A DNA stretch of 64,000 nt from an uncultured Pelagibacteraceae bacterium (GTDB lineage Bacteria; Pseudomonadota; Alphaproteobacteria; Pelagibacterales; Pelagibacteraceae). Both the position numbers and the translations under genes were made by a program. The notes below the pieces were generated by a model. The model searched no databases. It saw only the letters and a list, made by a program, of their open reading frames with translations, and was not told where the DNA came from. The stretch is from positions 21,327 through 85,326 of the forward strand of contig CACJEG010000003.1 of assembly GCA_902592375.1 (NCBI GenBank), read 5' to 3'. Positions within the stretch are counted from its first letter, which is position 1, and every line of letters starts with the position of its first letter. Of the stretch, positions 14,608-24,942 are shown piece after piece.

Positions 14608-16429
14608 AATAGGAAAAGAAGTAATTAAAAAAGAACTACCTCTAGTCCCAAAACTTCCAGGCGTATACAGAATGCTTAATGAAAAGAATGAAATTCTTTA
14701 TGTAGGTAAAGCAAAAAATTTACCGAATAGATTAAAGAGTTATGTTGCAGAAAAAAATCATATAATTAGAACTGAACGAATGTTGTCTCAAACAAGAAAA
14801 TTAGAGATAACAACAACATCTAATGAAAGTGAAGCTTTATTACTAGAAGCAAATTTAATTAAAAAACATAAGCCAAAATTTAATATCCTTTTACGTGATG
14901 ATAAGTCATTTCCATTTATATTTATTGGTAATAAAGATAAATGGCCTCAAATAAAAAGACATAGAGGAAAAAAAACAAAAGAAGGTTTTTACTTTGGACC
15001 TTTTGCCTCTGCTGGTTCAGCTAATTGGACAATTAAAATGATACAAAAAATTTTTCATTTAAGAGTTTGTGATGATACCGTTTTCAAAAACAGAGAAAGA
15101 CCTTGTATTTTATATCAAATAAAAAGATGTTCTGGACCTTGTGTAGGATATGTAAAAAAAGAGGAATACAATCAAACAGTCGAAGATGCTATTGAATTTG
15201 TTTCAGGCAAATCTAGGAAAATTCAAAAAAATCTTTCTAACCAAATGGAAAAGGCAAGTGAGGATCTTGATTTTGAAAAAGCTGTAATTTTAAGAGATAG
15301 AATTAAAGCATTAAACATCATTCAATCTTCACAGAGAATTAATGAAGCAAACTTAGTTGAGGCAGATGTTATTGCTGGATATAAAGAATCTGGAAAAACT
15401 TGTATTCAAGTATTTTTTTATAGATCAAAACAAAATTGGGGTAATCAAGCTTTTTTCCCTAAACACGATCCAGATGAAAAGTTTAGTGAAATCCTTAATT
15501 CATTTGTTTCTCAATTTTATGAAAATAAAAGTGTTCCTTCATCGGTTATCCTTTCAGAAGAAATAAAGGAAAAAGCACTAATTGAAAAAACACTGACACA
15601 AAAAGAAGGTAAACAAATAAATATTTCAGTTGCGAAAAAAGGATCAAAACTAAAAGTAATTAATCAAGCAATTAAAAACGCAAAGGATAGTCTAAATAGA
15701 AAACTTTATGAAAGTCAGAATAATAAAGAATTGTTCGATGCAGTAGCTAAAAAATTTAATTTAGAAACCAATATAAATTTAATCGAGGTTTATGATAATA
15801 GTCATATTCAAGGCACAAATAGTGTTGGCGCTTTAATAGCCTACGGCGATGAAGGCTTTATCAAAAAAAGATATAGAAAATTTAATATTAAGCATAAAAA
15901 AAATGAGCAAGACGACTATGGAATGATGAGAGAGGTATTAAATAGAAGGTTCAAAAGAGCAGTTCAAGAAAAAGATAATTACCTTGCTTTTCCTGATTTG
16001 GTTCTAGTAGATGGGGGAAAAGGTCAATATTCAGTCGCTAGAGAGAGCCTTAATGAATTAGGACTTCACGACATTCCAATTATTGCAATAGCAAAAGGTA
16101 AATTTAGAAATAGTGGAAATGAAACTTTTTTTCACGATGGCAAAGAATATAAATTCACTAGAAATGACCCTACCCTATTTTTTCTTCAAAGAATAAGAGA
16201 TGAATCACATAGATTTGCCATAAGCGCTCACAGAGCAAAGAGAAAAAAAGGTATAAGCAAATCTCTGTTAGATCAAATAGAGGGGATTGGGGCCATAAGA
16301 AAAAGAGCTTTATTGAACCATTTTGGATCTGCAAGATCGGTTGAGTCTGCTAGCTTAGATGAAATAAAATCTGTAGAAGGTGTTGAAGAAAAAGTAGCAA
16401 AAAAGATATATAACTTTTTTCACGAATAA
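14594..16429 (+). CDS. uvrC: Excinuclease ABC subunit C
   Basis: GIY-YIG (GVYRM..ILYVGKA), a four-Cys region (CDD..RPC..RCSGPC), a UVR domain, and a C-terminal RNase H-like endonuclease plus HhH. I prefer the ATG at 14594 over the ORF-track start at 14564. Confidence 0.95.
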   Translation: MISSEIGKEVIKKELPLVPKLPGVYRMLNEKNEILYVGKAKNLPNRLKSYVAEKNHIIRTERMLSQTRKLEITTTSNESEALLLEANLIKKHKPKFNILLRDDKSFPFIFIGNKDKWPQIKRHRGKKTKEGFYFGPFASAGSANWTIKMIQKIFHLRVCDDTVFKNRERPCILYQIKRCSGPCVGYVKKEEYNQTVEDAIEFVSGKSRKIQKNLSNQMEKASEDLDFEKAVILRDRIKALNIIQSSQRINEANLVEADVIAGYKESGKTCIQVFFYRSKQNWGNQAFFPKHDPDEKFSEILNSFVSQFYENKSVPSSVILSEEIKEKALIEKTLTQKEGKQINISVAKKGSKLKVINQAIKNAKDSLNRKLYESQNNKELFDAVAKKFNLETNINLIEVYDNSHIQGTNSVGALIAYGDEGFIKKRYRKFNIKHKKNEQDDYGMMREVLNRRFKRAVQEKDNYLAFPDLVLVDGGKGQYSVARESLNELGLHDIPIIAIAKGKFRNSGNETFFHDGKEYKFTRNDPTLFFLQRIRDESHRFAISAHRAKRKKGISKSLLDQIEGIGAIRKRALLNHFGSARSVESASLDEIKSVEGVEEKVAKKIYNFFHE

Positions 16430-16431
16430 TT

Positions 16432-17016
16432 ATGCTAAAAAAAATTCCAAACATATTAACGATAGGGCGAATAATAATTGTTCCTTTTTTTGTTTTAGCT
16501 TTTTATCTTCCAGGATTTTATGGTGATCTTACTGCTTTAATATTATTTATTATTGCATCATTTACAGACTTCTTGGATGGTATGTTGGCTAGAATGTTTG
16601 GAGTAGAATCAAAACTGGGTGAATTATTAGATCCTATAGCTGATAAAATCATTGTTGCTACAGCATTAATACTTCTGGTTATGGATGGAACAATCAGAAA
16701 TTATGAGGTGATTGCAGCAATCATAATTCTGACAAGAGAAATTTTAATTTCAGGTTTGAGAGAATTTTTAGCAAAGGGAAAAATAAAACTTCCTGTTTCA
16801 AACCTTGCTAAACTTAAAACAGTATTACAAATGGTATCGATAGCTCTTTTATTATCTGGAGATACTGGAAATAAAATAATTAATTTCCAAGATTATAATG
16901 CTCAAACTATAGGTATAATTCTTTTGTGGTTATCCGCTGCTTTAACACTTTTTACTGCATATGATTATATGCGAAAAGGTATTGATCACGCTATGTCTGA
17001 GGATAGTAAAGACTAA
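16432..17016 (+). CDS. pgsA: CDP-diacylglycerol--glycerol-3-phosphate 3-phosphatidyltransferase
   Basis: CDP-alcohol phosphotransferase motif DFLDGMLAR...G..LDPIADK, multi-TM, conserved uvrC-pgsA adjacency. Confidence 0.9.
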   Translation: MLKKIPNILTIGRIIIVPFFVLAFYLPGFYGDLTALILFIIASFTDFLDGMLARMFGVESKLGELLDPIADKIIVATALILLVMDGTIRNYEVIAAIIILTREILISGLREFLAKGKIKLPVSNLAKLKTVLQMVSIALLLSGDTGNKIINFQDYNAQTIGIILLWLSAALTLFTAYDYMRKGIDHAMSEDSKD

Positions 17017-17894
17017 GCTGCTTTTTTCTTCCTAACTAATGCCTGATAACTTTCATTCAAATCAATAATAGTATCACAAACTTTAAATTGATTTTCAGCA
17101 ATACAAGAAACTGGTGTTACCTCTGCTGCTGTTCCTGTTAAAAAACATCCAACAAAATTAGGTAATTCGGTAGGACTAATTTTTCTTTCATGCACTTTTA
17201 TATTTTTTGATTTTGCAATTCCAATTACGGTTCTTCTTGTAATACCATCTAAAAAAGAATCTGGTATTGGAGTATGAATTTCTCCATTTTTATCTTTGAA
17301 AAAAATATTTGCACCAGTTGCTTCAGCAATATTTCCTTCGTGATCAAGCATTAAAGAATCTGTATATCCTTGCTTTTCTGCCTCATGTTTTGAGAGTGTA
17401 CAAATCATGTAAAGACCTGACGCCTTTGTATCCCATGGTATTGTATTAGGCGCTGGTCTTCTCCAATTAGAAATATTTAATCTTATTCCTTCTACTTTAA
17501 GTTTAGGATCAAAATATGATCCCCATTCCCAAGTTGCAATCGCAACATGTATTTTTGTTTGTTGCGCAGAAATAGCCATCATCTCACTACCTCTCCAAGC
17601 AACAGGTCTTACATAACCATTTTCTACTTTTTGAGTTGCTATAATTTTATTGGATGCATTATTTATTTCTTCTTCTGTGTATGGAATTTCAAAACCCATT
17701 CTTCTTGCAGAATGAAAAAATCTAGCTGTATGCTCTTCTAATTTGAAAATTGAACCATCATAAACTCTCTCACCCTCAAATACACAACTGGCGTAGTGCA
17801 TACCATGGCTTAAAACATGTAGTTTAACGTCAGCCCAATCAACTAATTCGTTGTTGTACCATATTTTTCCAGATCGCTTGTCGTAAGGTATCAT
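17013..17894 (-). CDS. ilvE: Branched-chain amino acid aminotransferase (class IV)
   Basis: 293 aa with the class-IV aminotransferase pattern (..VFEGERVY.., EATGANIFF, GITR). Confidence 0.9.
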   Translation of the reverse strand: MIPYDKRSGKIWYNNELVDWADVKLHVLSHGMHYASCVFEGERVYDGSIFKLEEHTARFFHSARRMGFEIPYTEEEINNASNKIIATQKVENGYVRPVAWRGSEMMAISAQQTKIHVAIATWEWGSYFDPKLKVEGIRLNISNWRRPAPNTIPWDTKASGLYMICTLSKHEAEKQGYTDSLMLDHEGNIAEATGANIFFKDKNGEIHTPIPDSFLDGITRRTVIGIAKSKNIKVHERKISPTELPNFVGCFLTGTAAEVTPVSCIAENQFKVCDTIIDLNESYQALVRKKKAA

Positions 17895-17919
17895 GTGTGA
17901 AAATTTTTTTAATTTATAA

Positions 17920-18405
17920 ATGAAAAATATCTTTGTATCTTTAATATGTCAATATAACTTACCTATTATGAAAGAACTTTTATATTTAAAAGATGACCAG
18001 CTTAAAGATTTAATTGAAAAACTATTCGTAAGCTATAGAGAAACCTTTTCTGACTCTAAAAAAATATTAGATAAATATTCAATTGGTTTAGCACACCATA
18101 AAGTAATTCATTTACTGTCAATGTATGAGGGGATATCAATTTCTGAGCTGCTTAAGAGATTAAAAGTCACAAAACAAAGCTTAAATCGTGTTCTCAAAGA
18201 TTTGATTAAACTTGAAATCGTCATCTTTAAAAAAGATGACCAAGATACTAGAGTAAAACATATTTTTCTTAATGATAAAGGTAAAAAAATTTTTAATGAA
18301 ATTTTCAATTTACAAAAAAAGAGAATTTATAATGCTTTGCTAAATTCAAGTTCTGAAGAAGTTATAAATTTTGATAATGTACTAAGTAAAATAATCAATG
18401 GATAA
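17920..18405 (+). CDS. MarR-family transcriptional regulator
   Basis: Winged-helix region (ISISELLKRLKVTKQSLNRVLKDLIKLEIV..DQDTRVKHIFLNDKG). An alternative start is at 17968 (MKELLYL). Confidence 0.75.
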   Translation: MKNIFVSLICQYNLPIMKELLYLKDDQLKDLIEKLFVSYRETFSDSKKILDKYSIGLAHHKVIHLLSMYEGISISELLKRLKVTKQSLNRVLKDLIKLEIVIFKKDDQDTRVKHIFLNDKGKKIFNEIFNLQKKRIYNALLNSSSEEVINFDNVLSKIING

Positions 18406-19075
18406 GTTTATTGCGCATATACTAGTGGTTGATGATGATGATGGAATTAGATCTCTTGTAAAAAAGTATTTAAATGAAAATAAATTTTTAGTCACTACTG
18501 CTGAAAATGCGGAAAATGCATCAGAGAAAATAAAAATAATTAAGTTTGATTTAATAATTTTGGATATAATGATGCCTGGTAAAAGTGGACTTGAATTTTT
18601 AAAAGAAAATAAAAAAAAATTAGATACACCAATTATACTTCTCACTGCCAAAGGTGAAGCAAGTGAAAGAGTTGAGGGATTAGAGATTGGTGCTGATGAT
18701 TATTTACCAAAACCATTTGAACCAAAAGAATTAATTCTAAGAATACAGAACATATTAAATAAAACTATCAAAACAGATCAGAAAAGGGTTATAGAATTTG
18801 CAAATGTTAAAATTGATTTGAATAAACTTTTAATATTTAAAAATAATAAAGAATTTAAGATTAATGCAACGGAAAAAACGATTTTAGAAAAAATGATTAA
18901 TAACCCGGGCAAAACATTTTCTAGGGAAGATATCGGTCAATTAATCAATTTAGATAAAGAGAGATCAATAGACGTTATTATTACTCGGCTAAGAAAAAAA
19001 ATTGAAATTGATCCAAAAAATCCAAAATTTTTGCAAACAATAAGAGGTGCAGGATATGTTCTCTGGATTGAGTAA
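18398..19075 (+). CDS. OmpR-family response regulator
   Basis: Receiver domain (VVDDDD, LDIMMPG, LTAKG) plus a winged-helix trans_reg_C domain (..RLRKKIE..IQTIRGAGY). Confidence 0.9.
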   Translation: MDKFIAHILVVDDDDGIRSLVKKYLNENKFLVTTAENAENASEKIKIIKFDLIILDIMMPGKSGLEFLKENKKKLDTPIILLTAKGEASERVEGLEIGADDYLPKPFEPKELILRIQNILNKTIKTDQKRVIEFANVKIDLNKLLIFKNNKEFKINATEKTILEKMINNPGKTFSREDIGQLINLDKERSIDVIITRLRKKIEIDPKNPKFLQTIRGAGYVLWIE

Positions 19076-20375
19076 TTACTTAAAAAAAATATTACCAAAA
19101 AGATTATTTTATAGAGCACTTCTTATAGTTGCTATTCCAGTTTTAGTTTTGCAACTAGTAATTACAATTGTTTTTTTTGATAGTCTTTGGATAAAAACAA
19201 ATAAAGGTATGACAAGAACCTTGGTAAATGAAATTAGTACATTTATTGAAGGCTATGAAAGTGAGCAAGAAAATAAACAAGAGTTGCTAGATCTTTTTTC
19301 CATATTTTTAGATTTAAATATTGAGTTTACTAATAACGAAAAATTACAAAATACAGATACTGAAAGATGGTTTAGTCCTATAGATAGAACTTTAAGAAGA
19401 GAACTAAAATCTAAATTTGGATTAGATGAATACTGGTTTGATACAACAAGTTATAAAGAATTAATTGATTTAAGAATTAAATATGAAGATGGTTATTTTA
19501 AATTTTTAGTACCTAAAGATAGGGTTGCAAGTTCTTCAGCAAGAATATTTGCACTTTGGATCACAGTACCTGCAATTATAATGGTGATCATTTCTCTAAT
19601 ATTTTTAAAAAATCAAACTAGACCAATCACTAACCTAGCTCGTGCGGCTGAAAGGTTTGGTAAAGGAGAAAATATTGAAGAGTTCAAACCTTCTGGAGCC
19701 CTTGAAATAAGACAAGCAGGACATGAATTTGATAAAATGAGAAAGAGAATTGAGAGACACTTAAATCAAAGAACAGAAATGTTATCTGGAATAAGTCATG
19801 ATTTAAGAACACCCTTAACAAGGATGAAACTACAATTAGCTTTTATAAAAGATAAAGAAAATGTTAATAAATTGACTGAAGACATCAATGAAATGGAGAA
19901 AATGCTAAATGAATATTTGCAATTCACCAGCTCATCATATGTTGAAAAAGATGAAATGTTTAATCTATCTGAATTAATTTCAGAAGTTATTGAAAAATAT
20001 AATAACAAAAATATTTCACAAAACTTAATACCAAGAATTTACTTTAATGGCAGGAAAAATTTAATAAATAGGTGTCTTAATAATCTAATTGATAATTCAC
20101 TGAAATATGCAAATAAAGTTGAAATTAACTTAAGTAAGAAAAATACAAACTTATTCATTATTATTGATGATGATGGTCCTGGAATACCAAAAGATGAGTA
20201 TGAAAATGTATTTAAACCTTTCTACAAAATAGATAAGGGTCGAGCAAACTCTAAATCAAGTGTAGGTCTTGGCTTATCAATTTCATCAGACATTATCAAA
20301 TCTCATGGCGGAAATATAATGTTAGAAAAATCAAAAATGGATGGTTTAAGAGTTAAGGTTTTCTTGCCTGTTTAG
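19047..20375 (+). CDS. EnvZ-type sensor histidine kinase
   Basis: Two TM segments, a HAMP-like linker, H-box SHDLRTPLT, N-box NLIDNSLKYA, G1 DDDGPGIP and G2 GLGLSI. It overlaps the response regulator 3' end. Confidence 0.9.
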   Translation: MQDMFSGLSNYLKKILPKRLFYRALLIVAIPVLVLQLVITIVFFDSLWIKTNKGMTRTLVNEISTFIEGYESEQENKQELLDLFSIFLDLNIEFTNNEKLQNTDTERWFSPIDRTLRRELKSKFGLDEYWFDTTSYKELIDLRIKYEDGYFKFLVPKDRVASSSARIFALWITVPAIIMVIISLIFLKNQTRPITNLARAAERFGKGENIEEFKPSGALEIRQAGHEFDKMRKRIERHLNQRTEMLSGISHDLRTPLTRMKLQLAFIKDKENVNKLTEDINEMEKMLNEYLQFTSSSYVEKDEMFNLSELISEVIEKYNNKNISQNLIPRIYFNGRKNLINRCLNNLIDNSLKYANKVEINLSKKNTNLFIIIDDDGPGIPKDEYENVFKPFYKIDKGRANSKSSVGLGLSISSDIIKSHGGNIMLEKSKMDGLRVKVFLPV

Positions 20376-20604
20376 CTTTTTTATTTTTTTTTTTCTCAAA
20401 TTTATTTATTTTATTTTCAAGATTCTCAACACGTTTTGAGAGTACTTCGAACTCATCTTTACTTGTAAGTTTCATTTTAAAAACAAACTCATCTCTTTTA
20501 GATTTTAAGATATTAAATAATTCAGTAGTTAAGTCTTTTGAAGATATTAGTCCTTGCTCAATTAATTTAGCAAACTTATCAATTATAAATTTAGAATTTT
20601 TCAT
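20353..20604 (-). CDS. UbiK/YqiC (BMFP) family coiled-coil protein
   Basis: LTSKDEFEVLSKRVENLENKI matches the conserved C-terminal coiled-coil of the UbiK/BMFP family. The start is at 20604 (MKNSKF) or 20619. Confidence 0.55.
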   Translation of the reverse strand: MKNSKFIIDKFAKLIEQGLISSKDLTTELFNILKSKRDEFVFKMKLTSKDEFEVLSKRVENLENKINKFEKKKNKKAKQARKP

Positions 20605-20636
20605 ATTTAAGATATACATTATAAGTATTATTAAAA

Positions 20637-21407
20637 ATGTTCATTAATAATTTTGACCCAGTAGCCTTAGAAATATTTTCTTTAGAAATCAGATGGTATT
20701 CTTTAGCTTATATATTTGGAATTATATTAGGCTGGATTCTCGCAAAAAAATTATTTATCCAAGATATAGAGGTTAAAAATAAATTTGATGATTATTTAAC
20801 TTATTTAATTATAGGTATAATTTTAGGAGGAAGACTTGGTTATATTATTATTTATAATTTAAGTTTTTATATAAATAATCCATTAGATATATTTAAAATT
20901 TGGCAAGGAGGAATGTCCTTCCATGGTGGTTTAATTGGAGTTATTTTCGCATCTATATTTTTCGCTAAAAAAAATAATCAAAATCCATTCTTATATTTAG
21001 ATATTATCGCTTTAGTAGCTCCAGTTGGATTATTTTTTGGGCGAATAGCAAACTTTATAAATTCCGAGTTGTATGGAACTATAACTAATGTGCCCTGGGC
21101 AGTAACATTTGTTCAGGTAGATAATCTTCCTAGACATCCCTCACAATTATATGAAGCACTATTAGAAGGTTTATTTTTATTTTTATTATTAATTTATTTT
21201 AAAAATAAATTTTCAAACAAGCCTGGTGTGATTTCAGGATTATTTTTAATAATTTACTCAATTTTCAGATTTATTGTTGAATTTTATAGAGTACCAGATG
21301 AACAGCTTGGTTATATACTTTTAAACTTAACGATGGGGCAAGTAGTAAGTTTAATATTTATAATATCAGGAGTAATCTTATTTTATTTAAAATATGAAAC
21401 TCGCTAA
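20637..21407 (+). CDS. lgt: Prolipoprotein diacylglyceryl transferase
   Basis: Lgt signature (RWYSLAYI, GGMSFHGGLIG, GRIANFINSELYG, HPSQLYE), 256 aa. Confidence 0.92.
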   Translation: MFINNFDPVALEIFSLEIRWYSLAYIFGIILGWILAKKLFIQDIEVKNKFDDYLTYLIIGIILGGRLGYIIIYNLSFYINNPLDIFKIWQGGMSFHGGLIGVIFASIFFAKKNNQNPFLYLDIIALVAPVGLFFGRIANFINSELYGTITNVPWAVTFVQVDNLPRHPSQLYEALLEGLFLFLLLIYFKNKFSNKPGVISGLFLIIYSIFRFIVEFYRVPDEQLGYILLNLTMGQVVSLIFIISGVILFYLKYETR

Positions 21408-22445
21408 AACAAATAATTTACCATTAGATCAATTTATAAATTTTGCTTTGTACGATAAGGACAAAGGTTTTTATATGAAAAAAAATCCTTTTGGTGAAGA
21501 TGGAGATTTTATTACTGCTCCCAATGTCACAAGATTATTTTCAGAGATTATCGCAATTTGGACGATTACTTTTTGGAAAAGCATTGGCTCTCCAAAAAAA
21601 TTTAATTTGCTAGAACTGGGAGCTGGAAATGGTGAAATGATGAAAGTCATAGATGAGACACTTATAAATTTTCCCGAGTGTTACAATGCCTGCAGTTTTG
21701 TAATTCATGAAAAAAGTGATTTTTTATTAAATGAACAAAAAAAAAATTTAATTTCTAAAAAATTTTCATGGTTAAAAACATTGAAAAAATAAACTCAAAC
21801 CCAACAATTTTTTTAGCTAACGAATTTTTTGACGCCATACCGATCAAACAATTTTTTAAAAAAAAAGATAGTTGGTTTGAAAGATTTGTGAATTTGAGTG
21901 ATCCAAACAAAGCTGAATTTAAAGAAGAAAAAATTGATATAAAAACAATTGAAAAACATCTTAATTTCGAAATATCAAAAGATCAGAGCGTTATAGAATA
22001 TTCGCCAGATACATTTAAATATTTAAGAACAATTTGTGACTTAATACAAAAAAATGATGGAGGAATGTTAGTTATTGATTATGGTTATGCGGATAGTAGA
22101 ATGCATGAAACTCTTCAAGCAGTAAATAATCACAAATATTCTAACGTTTTAGAAAATATTGGAGACTCTGATATTACTTACAATATAAACTTTCATTCCT
22201 TTGAAAAATTTATAAATCAGTATAAAGAAATTAATTCAATTTTTACAAATCAAAAAAAATTTTTAACAAATATGGGTATTCTTCAAAGAGCAGAAATAAT
22301 CAGCAAAAATATAGCATTTTCTAAAAAAGCAGATTTATTTTATAGAGTAAGACGTTTAATAGATGAAAATCAAATGGGTGAATTGTTCAAAGTCATGCTT
22401 GTAAAAAATAAGAGAAACAATTTCAAGACGGGTTTTCAAAATTGA
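21394..22445 (+). CDS. SAM-dependent methyltransferase of the DUF185 / NDUFAF7 (MidA) family. The reading frame is interrupted: ORFs 21394..21792 and 21768..22445.
   Basis: The first ORF has DFITAPNV...ELGAGNGEMM (SAM-binding). The second continues with the family-typical ANEFFDAIPIKQF and LVIDYGY. The two halves are in different frames and overlap by 25 nt. Confidence 0.75.
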
Positions 22446-23200
22446 TAAAATCAAAAAAACTTTCGAAAATAAAAGTAATTAAACATGGTTTTTTTAATAA
22501 AACTGGTGGTAAATCAAAAAAAATTTATAAAAGTTTAAACTGTGGTCTTGGCTCTAAAGACAATCCCTCAGATGTTAAAAAAAATTTACAAATAGTTAAA
22601 AAAAAAATAAAAAGCACTGCTAAAAGTATTTTTTTACTTCATCAAATACATAGTAATAAGTTTATTTATATTAATAAAAAAAATAAATTTAGATCAAAAC
22701 CAAAAGCAGACGCAGTAATTACAAACCAAAAAAACATACCAATTGGTGTATTAACTGCTGACTGTGTGCCGATTTTAATCTGTGATGAAAGAACAAAATT
22801 AGTTGCTGCAATTCATGCAGGGTGGAAAGGTGCATACAAAGATATAATTAGCAAAGTAATCCAATTTATGATCAAAAAAGGATCTAATCCTAAAAATATT
22901 ACTGCAGCTATCGGACCTGCTATCTCAGCTAAAAATTATGAAGTTAAACAAGATTTTAAAAGAAAATTTATAAAAAAGGATAAAAAAAATAATAAATTTT
23001 TTAAAATTAAGTACAAAAAGCTTTATTTTGATTTACCTAAATATGTAAAATCATGTCTTTTAAAGAATAAAATAAAAAATATTGATTCTTTAAATATTGA
23101 TACATTTGATATTAATAATAATTTTTTTAGCGCAAGAAGAGCGTTAAGGCTAAATCATGATGATTATGGTAGAAATATTTCAATAATTATGCTTTATTAG
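22442..23200 (+). CDS. pgeF: Purine nucleoside phosphorylase / peptidoglycan editing factor, YfiH (PgeF, DUF152) family
   Basis: DUF152 motifs (LHQIHSN, TADCVPIL, IHAGWKG). The TTG start overlaps the upstream stop (TTGA). Confidence 0.8.
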   Translation: MIKSKKLSKIKVIKHGFFNKTGGKSKKIYKSLNCGLGSKDNPSDVKKNLQIVKKKIKSTAKSIFLLHQIHSNKFIYINKKNKFRSKPKADAVITNQKNIPIGVLTADCVPILICDERTKLVAAIHAGWKGAYKDIISKVIQFMIKKGSNPKNITAAIGPAISAKNYEVKQDFKRKFIKKDKKNNKFFKIKYKKLYFDLPKYVKSCLLKNKIKNIDSLNIDTFDINNNFFSARRALRLNHDDYGRNISIIMLY

Positions 23201-23209
23201 GCTTTTTTA

Positions 23210-24142
23210 ATGAAATTATTATCCGGAAATAGCAACAAACCATTAAGCAAGAACATTGCTAAATATCTAAAATCTAAATTAGTAAACTCTAGTATTAGAA
23301 ATTTTTCTGATGGAGAAATTTATGTTGAAATAAATGAGAATATTAGAGGAAACAGTATTTTTATTATTCAATCTGTATCTTCGCCTGCTAATGATAATTT
23401 GATGGAGCTTTTGTTGTGTATTGATGCACTAAAAAGATCTTCTGCAAAAAATATAACAGCCGTAATTCCATATTTTGGTTATGCTAGACAAGACAGAAAG
23501 GTGGTACCTAGAACTTCAATTTCTGCAAAATTAGTATCAAACTTAATTACTAAAGCGGGTGCTGACAGAGTAGTTACTGTTGATTTACATGCAGGTCAAA
23601 TTCAAGGTTTCTTTGATATTCCAGTCGACAACTTGTTTGCAACACCTATTTTTGCAAGACATGCAAAAAAAAAGATAAAAAGTAAAAACCTTATTTGCGT
23701 TGCTCCAGATGTGGGTGGAACTGAGCGAGCAAGAGCACTAGGTAAACTGTTAAATGTTGGCTTAGCCATTGTAGATAAAAGACGACCTAAACCAGGTCAA
23801 TCTCAAGTCATGAATGTCATAGGAGATGTAAAAGGTAAAACTTGTATAATTGTAGATGATATAATCGATTCTGGTGGAACAATAGTAAATGCAGCTAAAG
23901 CTCTTAAAGATAGAGGGGCTAAAGAAGTTTATGTCTATATAACTCATGGTGTACTCAGCGGTGAAGCTGTAAAAAAAATTAAAAATTCAGTAATTAAGAA
24001 TTTAGTAATAACTGATACAATAGATAACATGAGCAGAACTAAAGGTGTTAAAAACATTGAGGTTCTATCAATTTCAGCGCTTATGGGAGAAGCAATTAAA
24101 AGAATATCTAATTCAACCTCAGTATCAGATTTATTCAAATAA
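23210..24142 (+). CDS. prs: Ribose-phosphate pyrophosphokinase
   Basis: PRPP synthetase signature ([32 protein letters not shown]), 310 aa. Confidence 0.95.
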   Translation: MKLLSGNSNKPLSKNIAKYLKSKLVNSSIRNFSDGEIYVEINENIRGNSIFIIQSVSSPANDNLMELLLCIDALKRSSAKNITAVIPYFGYARQDRKVVPRTSISAKLVSNLITKAGADRVVTVDLHAGQIQGFFDIPVDNLFATPIFARHAKKKIKSKNLICVAPDVGGTERARALGKLLNVGLAIVDKRRPKPGQSQVMNVIGDVKGKTCIIVDDIIDSGGTIVNAAKALKDRGAKEVYVYITHGVLSGEAVKKIKNSVIKNLVITDTIDNMSRTKGVKNIEVLSISALMGEAIKRISNSTSVSDLFK

Positions 24143-24187
24143 ATTCCTTGAGTTATTAAGGAACTTGAGCTAAAAAGCCTTGTTTTT

Positions 24188-24901
24188 ATGAATTCATTAG
24201 ACGCCAACATCAGAAATACCAAAACTAAAGGTGAATTAAATTCATTAAGAGATAATGGCAATGTGCCTGCTATAATTTATGGTGGAGAGGCTCAAAACGA
24301 AAAAATTTCAATATCTAAAAAAATACTCAAGTTACTAATTGAAAAAGAAAACTTTTTATCAAGCATAATAACTTTAAATGTTGATGGTAAACCTCAAAAA
24401 GTTCTACCAAGAGAAATAAAATATGACATTATTTCAGATGAACCAATTCATGTAGACTTTCTAAGAATAGTTTCAGGAATAAAAGTTAGAATTGAAGTTC
24501 CTGTAAAATTTTTAAATCATGAAAAATCTCCTGGTTTGAAAAGAGGTGGGGTTTTAAACATTGTACGAAGAAAAGTTGAGCTAAAATGTCCAAGCGAAAA
24601 AATTCCTGAAAATCTTGTGATAGATCTTGATGGAGTTGATATTGGAGAGAGTTTTAAGATCTCTTCTATAAATCTTGACAGTGACGTTACTCCTACAATT
24701 CAAGGAAGAGATTTCGTAATTGCAACTCTAGCAGCTCCGACTGTTATGAAGGAACCTGAAAAACCTGCAGAAGCTGAGGCGGCTGAGGGAGAAGGTGCTG
24801 AAGGAGCAGAAGCGGCAGCAGCTGAAGGTGGAGATAAGCCAGCAGCTGAAGGTGATAAAAAAGAAGGTGAAGAAAAAAAACCTGCTGAAGAAAAAAAATA
24901 A
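24188..24901 (+). CDS. rplY: 50S ribosomal protein L25 / general stress protein Ctc, with an Ala/Glu/Lys-rich C-terminal tail
   Basis: The Ctc-type two-domain L25 pattern is present (LRDNGNVPAIIYGG, HVDFLRI). The last ~50 aa are low-complexity (PAEAEAAEGEGAEGAEAAAAEGG...). Confidence 0.9.
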   Translation: MNSLDANIRNTKTKGELNSLRDNGNVPAIIYGGEAQNEKISISKKILKLLIEKENFLSSIITLNVDGKPQKVLPREIKYDIISDEPIHVDFLRIVSGIKVRIEVPVKFLNHEKSPGLKRGGVLNIVRRKVELKCPSEKIPENLVIDLDGVDIGESFKISSINLDSDVTPTIQGRDFVIATLAAPTVMKEPEKPAEAEAAEGEGAEGAEAAAAEGGDKPAAEGDKKEGEEKKPAEEKK

Positions 24902-24942
24902 GTTAATTAAAATTGAATTTTATTCTCCAATATTAATATTTT

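Noticed and set aside
21737-21746. A10 tract inside the DUF185 methyltransferase gene, considered as the frameshift or transcriptional-slippage site.
   Set aside because: The downstream frame carries a stop at 21756..21758, after the tract. A shift at the A10 run therefore cannot join the two halves. The junction must lie at 21772..21780.
24144-24163. Short inverted repeat TTCCTT-N8-AAGGAA after prs, considered as a possible terminator.
   Set aside because: The stem is only 6 bp and AT-rich, and it is not followed by a convincing T-tract adjacent to the stem. It is too weak to call.
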